Below, in pieces: positions 28,001 through 37,000 of a stretch of DNA of 54,157 bases. The translations under genes were made by a program, and so were the position numbers. The notes under the pieces are model-generated. The model saw nothing but the letters and a program-made list of their open reading frames with translations, did no database searches and had not been told where the DNA came from. How positions within the stretch are numbered: the stretch's first letter is position 1; each line of letters starts with the position of its first letter. The stretch covers positions 1 through 54,157 of the forward strand of contig CAINNF010000020.1 in NCBI GenBank assembly GCA_903851045.1, read 5' to 3'. The DNA is from Candidatus Adlerbacteria bacterium. GTDB lineage: Bacteria > Patescibacteriota > Minisyncoccia > Phycocordibacterales > SBAW01.

Positions 28001-31000
28001 CACTTCGGGTACCGACCCTGGCTTTCTGAACACCGCATCATCTACCGATACATCACCGTTCGTATCGGGCAACACCGTTAGTTTTACGGTACAATCCGCT
28101 GATCGGCTCGCGAGCAGTACGACCTATTGGTGGCGCGTGCGCGCCGAGGATCCCAACGGAGGAAAAGCCTACTCGCTGTGGTCATCACCGCAGAGCTTTA
28201 CAACCGACACAACCGTACAGTCTTCGACCTGGTTCCAAACGACGAACGATCAATTTGGCGAAGACTTTCTCACACGCACCGGTACTTCGGGTGGTGGCGT
28301 GACCGCGACCTCGACGACCGGCAATATCGCCATCTATCGTGCGAACGCCGGGAACGACCCGATCACCACCGCTACGTTCAACAACTATTGGGATACGACG
28401 GTGCGCCAAGACAGTATCTTCTCGCTTCCCAGCACGACGACCATCCAACTACTTGCAACGGGTCACTACGCGGTCATGTACGGGTTGCGGTTCCGTTCAT
28501 CCAGCGGCACGAACCGTTCTGAGATCCAATCATATCTCAACCTCGCTGGTAACAGTCTCCCGATCGGTTGGTCACAGGCGTTCATCCGGCGCAATGGTGC
28601 TGCCACCCAAGGCTTCTCCTCGGGAGGGGGTATCATCAATGTGACGAGTTACAACGCACCGCTCATCGTACAATCCTTCAGGACCGATACGAACACGACG
28701 GCGGGTGTGATGCGAGAGGCGACGTCGTCCGGCGTATCGATCATCAAGTTGGATGATGCGTGGAGTTATGCGCGTTTGAGCAAAGCGACCAAGCAGACAG
28801 GGCCGATCTCGACGTCATGGATGCCCGTGACCTGGGACCACGAGGATGAGATTGACACGACCGCCTACGCCCACGCAAGTGGTGCCAGTGGCCTGACGCT
28901 CAAGAACCCTGGGCACTATCTGGTGTTCGCGAACACGTACGGATCGCTCAGAACCAACGTTTCCTCTATGGTCGACCAGAAGCTGAAGCTCGACAATGCC
29001 GATATCGACGGCAGCTTTACGACGGTGTTCATGAACGGTAACGCGAACTCCGACGGTGACTACCAAGGTGCCGCATCGGTCGGCACCATCATCCAGTCGA
29101 CGACCACGAACCAGGTGTTGACCGTCCAGGTGGCGCGCAGTCTCGGTACGGCGGCGTGGACGATCGACGGGACGTTCAGTGGTGCGTACGTCAACCGCTC
29201 GGGACTCACGGTGGTGAAGCTTCCTGATGCGGATTTTATTCGTCTGCAAAATTCGACGAGCACGAACATGGACCCGACCGCACTCACACCACTCACGTGG
29301 AATACCGAAGCCGAGAAGGATGCCTCGTTCACACACAGTACGACCACTACCACGAACAAAATCACCGTGAACACTGCGGGTGATTACCTGTTCCTTACGG
29401 CCAACTACGCGGCACCCGGTACGACCGCGAACGCACAGCCGATGCAGGGGTGGCGCAAGAACGCCGGTACGCTCGAGTTGTACGGGCAATCCGGGAGCTT
29501 CAATAGCACCGCGGTCACCGACACCGGCTCGTTCGGTGGTATCGTGTACCCCGGCGTTGCGGCCACTGACTACTTCGAATCCATCGCCCAGGCGCGCGGC
29601 ACCACGGGCACCGTGGGCGAGACGAAAAAAGGTATACAGGGGCTGCGTATCGGGTCACTCGCTGAAGCGGATACGAATCCAAAGACGGTCGAGTCTCCCG
29701 ACATCGTATTTAGTAGTGGTACCGGACCGAAATGGTCGACATTCTCGTGGAACGACTCGCGACCCGCATCGACGAATATCGTCTACCAGGTACTGTACCT
29801 CACCGCCTCCAGTACCTATGCGCTCGTGCCGGACGCGGTACTCCCTGGCAACTTCAACGGCTTCTCTACGACGTCGTCATCGGTGAATATCAGCAACCTG
29901 AACCGCACGACCTATGGGACACTGCGTACACTCGCCACCTTCACCTGTGCCGCAGGTAATTGTCCGACGCTCAACGACTGGACGGTCAGCTGGGCGCAGG
30001 GCATCAACGTGTCGGGTATCGCAAAGACGTTCGATCAGTCGACCAATGCCACCTACGGCACGGTCGGGGTCGCGGTCAATGGCGTCCTGCAAGCAGGGAA
30101 GACCGGTACCATCTCCTCCAGCGGTACCTGGACGATACCGAACGTGACGGCGTTCACAGGTGACGTCATCACTGTGTTCGTGAGTACGACCACGAGCGCG
30201 ACCCGTGCGGTCGCGGTCACCAAATATACTAGTACGAACGACATCACCGGCATGAAGCTCTACCAGATGCACCTTACGCTCGGCTCCGACGATAACCCGA
30301 CGCTCACGAACACCGACATCTCCCAGTACGACAATTCGGTCTCGGGTAACAGCGCCATCTTCGATGATGTGTCTGGCGGGACTCTCAATGTGTGCGCAGG
30401 CACCGCGTGTGCGAACGCGCGGCTTCTTGTCTCGTCCGGCACTGTGTATGAGCCGGGGGCCTCGGGTGGTAACGTGACGACACCGAATATACAAATCGAT
30501 GGGACACTCATTGCTGATGCGAATACGATTACCGTCACTCGCTCGTGGAAGAATAATGCCACGTTCAACAAAGGTTCATCCACGGTCATCTTCGCTGCAA
30601 CCAGTACGAACGAAAGTATTGATTCGACCAACGCGACGTCGAGTGCGGCGTTCAACAATGTGACGTTCGGCCAGACCTCAAGCACTGCGACATGGACCCT
30701 ACTGAGTCCGCTCTACGCGAGCAGTACGCTTGCAATCAATTATGGGACACTGCAAAACGGCGCGAATCCGATGGTACTCTCGGGCGACTTAACCATAGGG
30801 GCGAGTGGTTACTTCAGTCATGGTACCGGCACGACCACGTTCATGGGGACGGGGACTAATGTATGGACCGACAATAATTCGACCACCCAAGATATGGGCA
30901 CGGTCGTCATCGATGGTACGACGAAGACGGTGCAACTTGGTTCTGCCGTCAAGGCGACGAACATAACCATCGGCGCTGATGATACGCTCAATGCGAGCAG

Positions 31001-34000
31001 TGGCAACTACGGTATTACCGTCACTGGTAATTGGACGAACAACAATGTGTTTACTGCGCAGAACGGCACCGTGACCTTCGTCGCGACGACGACGGGCAAG
31101 ACCATCACGCCAGGCACATCAAGTTTTTATAACCTTACCTTCAATGGTGCTGGAGGCAACTGGGCGTTCGCGGGCGGTACGGTGACGGTTGGGAACAACT
31201 TCACCGTAGCGACCGGTACGGTCACGCTCCCGACCGGCACCACGACCGTGGCAGGATCCTTTGACGCATCAGGTGGTATTTTTGTGCACAACAACGGTGC
31301 CGTGTTGTTCACGTCGGGGCTATCGCAGACCATCAACCCAGGCGTGTCGAGCTTCTACGACCTCGCGTTCAACGGGTCGGGTGCATGGACCTTTACCGGT
31401 ACCAACGCGACCAGTTCGCGCAACACCACCATAACGTCCGGCAGTGTGACATTGCCGTCCGGCATCTTTGCTGTCGGCGGATCGTTCATAAAGAATGGCG
31501 GCTCGTTCTCGCACAACAACGGCACGATCAAGTTCACCGCCTCGACCGCACAAACGATCAACCTTAACGCGTCGAGCGCCTACAACCTGCTGTTCACGGG
31601 GAGTGGCGCCTGGGCATTCCTCGATACGAACGCGACGATTGGTGGTTCGGTCACGTTCCAAGGTGGTACGACAACACTTCCTTCAGGTACGCTCACCATA
31701 GGCGGATCCTTGGTCAGTGCTGGTGGTGCCTTTGCACATAACAACGGTACGGTCAGCTTTACCGCGGCATCGACCGGGTTTGCGGTGACCCCCGGCTCCT
31801 CATCGTTCTACAACCTCATATTCAACTCATCGTCCGGTGGTTGGACCATCACGGGTAATGCGACCTCGACGAACAACACGACGATCAACAGTGCTTCGAG
31901 TTGGACGTTGAACCCTGGTACGACGCTCGCGGTCGGCGGAACGTTCGCTAACAATGTCGGCGGCTCGACGACGACCTTCACCAATTCGACGCTCTACCTC
32001 AATTCAGGCACGAGTTATTCTCTGGATACGAAAACCGCGGGCGGGGATGTGTACGGCACGCTCCTCGTCGGTGCGAACACGAACGTCCGCATGTGGAACT
32101 CCTCGGCTGCGACCACGACGGTCAACTCGACCGGCTCGCTCTACTCGCAGAACCATGCGGGCGTATCTGGAGCGCTCTATATATATGGAGCATTCACGAG
32201 TTCGAGCAACGAATACTGGAGCTACTCGAATGACTTCGATGGGACGGCGCTCACGGGCGGCAGTCAGCGCCAGGTGCAAGTACGTATCGCGAGCAGCTCG
32301 AGCGTCACCTTCTCGGGAGGGACGCTCAAGATGGTCGGAACCACCACCGCCACGACCACGATCAGCAACCAGGGTATCGGCACCTATTCGTTCAGTGTCA
32401 CGGGGGGTACGCTCAATGCGCAGTATTACCAGATAAGTAGTACGACGGCGGCAGGACTCTCCCTGTCGGGTACGACGAACATCACATCGCTCAGTAATGG
32501 CGACTTCACGTTGTCGCTTCCGACCGGGGGCACCTCGATGACCATCAACTCGACCGTGATCGACCAGAATCCACTCCTCCAGATCCAACAGGTTCGATTC
32601 GCGACCTCGACCGGTGTCACGAGCGGATACAACGTGACCGAAGTCGGTACGCCAGCCTCGTACTGGTGGTTCAGGAATCACTACGGCAACTTCGCGGGAG
32701 AGGCGTACGATAATGATCCAGGTGGTAACCCCGGCTACATCCGATGGGACGACTCTGGGTACAACATCACCGTATCGGGTCACGTCTATGCGGACCACGG
32801 GTCGACGCTGATTGGTAATCCGCCGTGCGATGGCTCGACGGCTGTCGTGACGCTCGTGGTCGGAACGACCACTTACTCTGGTTCGTGCGGTCTGCTCACT
32901 GGTGCGTACAGTATCTCGAACGTGCAGTTCACTGGTGATGTCGACCTCGTCGCCTATCTGAACACCAACGGTGGTAAGCGCGCGGTCACGGTGACCAAGA
33001 CGCCGACCGCGAGCATCTCCGACCTCGATCTCTATCAGAATTCCCTTATCGTCCGACACGAAGGAGTGACGCCTATCACGATCACCGATCTCGCAGGGTT
33101 CGATTCCACGCGCGACTCGGACGTGTTCTTCGCCGCCGCGACCAGCACCATGACGCTCGTCACGCAACCGAACACCGAACTGTATGTGTGGCAGGGCAAG
33201 ACGTTCGCGCCAGGTGGAAATGTGACGCTCCAGTCAGGAGGGTCGGGGAGCGCGCTCGATGGCCGTCTCTATCTTGCGACGAACGCGACCTTCACAGCGG
33301 TCGGTACGCAGTCGCACTCGATCGGCGGAGGTCTAACGATCGGTTCGGGCGCGACCTTCACGGCGGCGAACTCGACGGTGACCTTCACGGCGACCACGAC
33401 GGGCAAGTCCATCACTGCTTCGTCGCCACTCACGCTGTATAACCTTGTGTTCAACGGTACGGGCGGTCAGTGGTCGCTCGATAGCAGTGCGCTCACGACC
33501 GTGACCCATGCGCTCACGATGACCGCCGGCACATTGGTTGGGACGGGAGACATGACCGTCCAGTCAGGCGATGTGACCGGTAGTGGCACCATAGCAATGA
33601 CCAATGGTACGTTCACGATCAGTAGTACCGGCAACTTCGGGTCGAGTAATACGTGGCAATTCAAGAACCTAACCTTCGGGGATGGTGTGTCTACCAACAC
33701 GACGACGAAGACCGGTGCAGGTACGACGACGGTGACCGGCGCATTGACCATCGCCACGAACCAGACGCTCAATGCAAGTTCCTCCGCTTGGTTGCTCACG
33801 GGTGGCGGAACGCCGTTCGTTATCGGTGGCACGCTCAATCCGCAAAGTGCTCCGTTCACCTATGCGGCCACCACCGCCACCACTATCGCGAACGCCAATT
33901 ACGCCGCGCTCATATTGGCACCCTCGGGTGCTGGAAGTCCGACCTACACGCTCAGTGGTGGCACGCCGACCATCGGGATTCTTACCGTGGGCGACGGAGC

Positions 34001-37000
34001 GAACCCGGTCACGGTAACGGCTGATACGAACGATCCATCGATCGCACTTTCGGGCACCATGCGCATCAGTGCGGGCGCGACCTATGTCGCATCGAATGTC
34101 GGTGCGTTCACGGTCGGTGGGAGCTGGATCAATGCGGGGACCTTTACCAACTCCGGCGCGGCAGTGCTCTTTACTGCGACGGCGACCGGTAACACTATCC
34201 AGCCCGGCACCTCGCCGTTCTATGATGCGACCTTCAACTCGTCTTCGGGTGGGTGGACCATTGCGAGCAATGCGACCACGACGCATGACCTGACGCTCAC
34301 GAGCGCGACGAACTTCACCGTGAATCCGAACACGACCCTTGCGGTCGGAGGAACCTTCACGAACAATGTGAGCGGCTCGGCGACCGCGTTCGCGTCCTCG
34401 ACGCTCTACCTCTACTCGGGAACCAGTTACAGTATCAACACGAAATCAGCGAGCACCGAGACCTACGGCACGCTTCTCATCGATGCGAACACCAACATAC
34501 GTATGTGGAACTCATCGGCCGCGACCACGACGGTCAACTCCTCAGGCTCGCTCTACTCTATGAACCATGGGGGCGTGAATGGTGCGCTCGATATCTGGGG
34601 TACGTATACACGAAGTACTGGCAGCGACTATTGGAGCTACTCGACGGACTTTGATGGGACGGATATCTCGGGTGCGCCGCGCAAGGTCAACGTATCTATC
34701 GCGTCGAGTTCGTCGCTCACGTTCTCGGGAGGAGTACTTGATATCATCGGTGGGCCGACCGCATCGACGACCGTCACCAACCAGGGTGCGGGTACGTACT
34801 CGCTCAGCGTGAGCGGCGGCACGTTGTATGCGAACTATTATGAGTTCAGGAACCTCGGCGCGAGCGGTCTCAATCTTTCTGGAACTCCCACCATCACGTC
34901 GCTCAGTTACGGTGACTTCCTGCTTGGTATCGCCGGAGGAACGGCGATGACGGTTACGGGTTCTGTTATCGACGCGAACCCACTTAAGGTCATCAAGTAT
35001 GTAAAGTTCGCGACGACGACGAGTATCGGCGGCTACAACGTGACCGAGATCGGGACCCCGAGCAGTTCGTGGAAGTTCAACCTGCACTACGGCAATCTGG
35101 CGGGCGAAGCGTTCGACAACGATCCAGGCGGAAACCCCGGGTATGTACGTTGGGACGACAGTGCGTCGCAGATCACCATATCGGGGCACGTGTATTCGGA
35201 CGAAGGCACGACGGTAAGTACGGTGTGCGACAACTCGACCCAGAACGTGAAGCTCGTGGTCGAAGGCTCAACGAGCTTCACCTCGTCCTGCAATAGCTCC
35301 ACGGGTGCATACAGTATCCCGGGAGTGTCGTTCAACCCGGGTGACACGTTGACGTTGTATCTCGACACCAATGGCGGAAAGCGCGCCGCGGACGTGTCGG
35401 TCGACCCCATCTCGAACATTACCGGCATGGACCTCTACGAGAATCGCGTTATCGTCCGTCACGAGGACACGGTGCCGATCACCATCGCCGATATGTCGCA
35501 GTACACGTCCGCCAACGATAGCGACATACCGTTCTCGACGGTCATCAGCAGTACCAATACGCTGACGCTGCCGCCGAACACCAAACTTATCGTGTGGACG
35601 GGCAAAACGTTCGCACCTGCGGGTAATGTGACCATCCAGTCCGGCGGTGGTGCGAACACGTATGACGGCACGCTCGAGGTGCAAGCGGGCGGATCGTTCT
35701 CCGCGGCCAGCACACAGACACACACCATCGGGGGCAGTCTCATCTTCGATTCGGGTGCGACGTTGACGAGCGCGAACTCGACCTTTACCTTTACAGCGAC
35801 CACGACGGGCAAGACCATTACACCTCCCGCGAGTTCATCGTTCTACAACATGACCTTTAACGGTGCTGGCGGCAACTGGGCGTTCTCTTCGAGCGCCACG
35901 ACGACCAACGACTTTACGGTGACCGCGGGTACCGTGACGCTCCCAACCGGCACGCTGTCGGTCGGTGGGTCACTACAGAACAACGGTGGTACGTTGGTGC
36001 ATAACAACGGCTCTGTCCTGCTCACGGCAACCGCAAGCGGCAAGACCATCAAGGTCGGGACCTCGACGCTGTACAACCTGACCTTCAACGGGGTGAGTGG
36101 CGGGTGGACGTTCTCGGACGCCAATGCGACCACATCGAACACGCTCACGATCTCGAACGGCGCAGTGACGCTTCCGTCCGGTACGCTCTCGATAGGGAAC
36201 TCGTTCCTCAATACGGGCGGCACGTTCACGCACAACGGTGGTACGGTGAAGTTCACGGCGACCGCGACGGGTAAACAGATACAGGCGAACAGCTCGAGCT
36301 TCAATACGCTCTTGTTCAACGGTATCGGTGGTAGTTGGACCATGCTCGACACGAATCTCACGGCGCTCGGTGATGTGACTGTCGCGACCGGCACCGTCGT
36401 GTTCCCGCCGGGCGTGTTCACGGTCAGTGGGTCCCTCATCGCTTCCACCGGAGCGTTCAGTAATAATAGCGGTACGGTGACGTTTGCTGCGACCGCGACT
36501 GGAAAGAGTGTGACTCCGGGTACTTCTTCCTTCTATAATCTTATCTTTGACTCTACCTCCGGTGGTTGGACCGTTACCGGCAACGCCACCTCAACGAACA
36601 ATACGACGATCAATAACGCCTCGAGCTTTATCGTGAGTCCGGGAGTGACGCTCGCGGTCGGCGGCACCTTCACCAACAACGGGAACATTTCGAACACGAC
36701 GTTTGCCACCTCGACGCTCTACCTCTACTCGGGTACCAGTTATTCGATTAACACGAAATCAGCGAGCACAGAGACCTACGGCACGCTCTTGATCGGTGCG
36801 AACACGAACATCCGCATGTGGAACTCCTCCGCAGCGACGACCACGGTTAACTCAACCGGCTCGCTCTATTCTATGGATCATGGAGGTGTGAACGGAGCGC
36901 TGAACATCTGGGGTACGTACACGCGAAGTGCGGGGAGCGACTACTGGGACTACGCGACCGACTTCGACGGCACGGCGCTCGGCGGCGGTAGTCGACCAGT

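Noticed and set aside
31980..36960. Diversity-generating retroelement template/variable repeats
   Set aside because: Repeat differences are mostly synonymous and not adenine-specific, all copies are coding, and there is no reverse transcriptase in the window.
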